From Calditrichia bacterium (GTDB lineage: Bacteria > Calditrichota > Calditrichia > JAJRVZ01): 64,000 nucleotides of DNA. This document shows, one piece after another, positions 63,978-64,000 of this stretch. The notes beneath the pieces were generated by a model that made no database searches, had not been told where the DNA came from, and worked only from the letters and a program-made list of their open reading frames with translations. Made by a program: the position numbers and the translations under genes. Position 1 is the first letter of the stretch; every line of letters begins with the position of its first letter. Where the stretch lies: NCBI GenBank assembly GCA_963796965.1, contig CAWCNS010000005.1:650730-714729 (forward strand), read 5' to 3'.

Positions 63978-64000
63978 AACTTTTCCTGTTGCGGATTAAG

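Noticed and set aside
1-64000. CRISPR arrays, tRNA or rRNA genes
   Set aside because: No regularly spaced direct repeats of 24-48 bp with unique spacers were seen. No tRNA-like T-arm/acceptor patterns or rRNA-like stretches were found in the intergenic regions. The tandem heptad arrays are too short and too irregular to be CRISPR.

Overview
This 64 kb window comes from a moderately AT-rich (~40% GC) genome that is probably Bacteroidota or another FCB-group organism. The evidence is a T9SS C-terminal sorting domain, SSCG/LSCK-type lipoprotein signals, LytTR and AraC regulators, and the lack of Shine-Dalgarno sequences. Almost every gene is on the minus strand; only the asparagine-synthetase-like gene at 14950-16668 is on the plus strand. 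The first ~20 kb is a fucoside / sulfated-fucan degradation locus with two GH95 fucosidases, four GH29 fucosidases, three S1 sulfatases and PA14 and F5/8-type-C accessory modules. It is followed by an AsnB-like amidotransferase, a PMT_2/GT39-like membrane glycosyltransferase, a T9SS beta-helix cargo protein and an IS110-family insertion sequence. After these come a GH36-like enzyme, an AraC regulator, an SGNH hydrolase, a cluster of domain-less lipoproteins and a membrane protein, an ABC-2 permease fused to an M1 peptidase with its ATPase, a LytTR two-component pair and a GH2. A stretch of small enzymes follows (an oxidoreductase, a GNAT acetyltransferase, an ASST-like protein, a SAM methyltransferase and a DinB_2 protein), then a decayed cyclase-TolB_N-TPR gene, a GDPD, a very large GH-like protein, a UroD-like gene, ankyrin and TPM-domain proteins, and a DMT transporter. 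The window ends with an unusual receiver / degenerate sigma54-AAA+ / NapH-like polyferredoxin fusion. Two things stand out across the window. First, about 19 frame disruptions affect at least 13 genes, and one gene also carries three in-frame stop codons. Second, the intergenic regions are full of small, hairpin-forming REP/MITE-like elements made of tandem 7-9-mers (YCACRNAG, ACAGGAT and GNAAAAG words). No rRNA, tRNA or CRISPR array was found.
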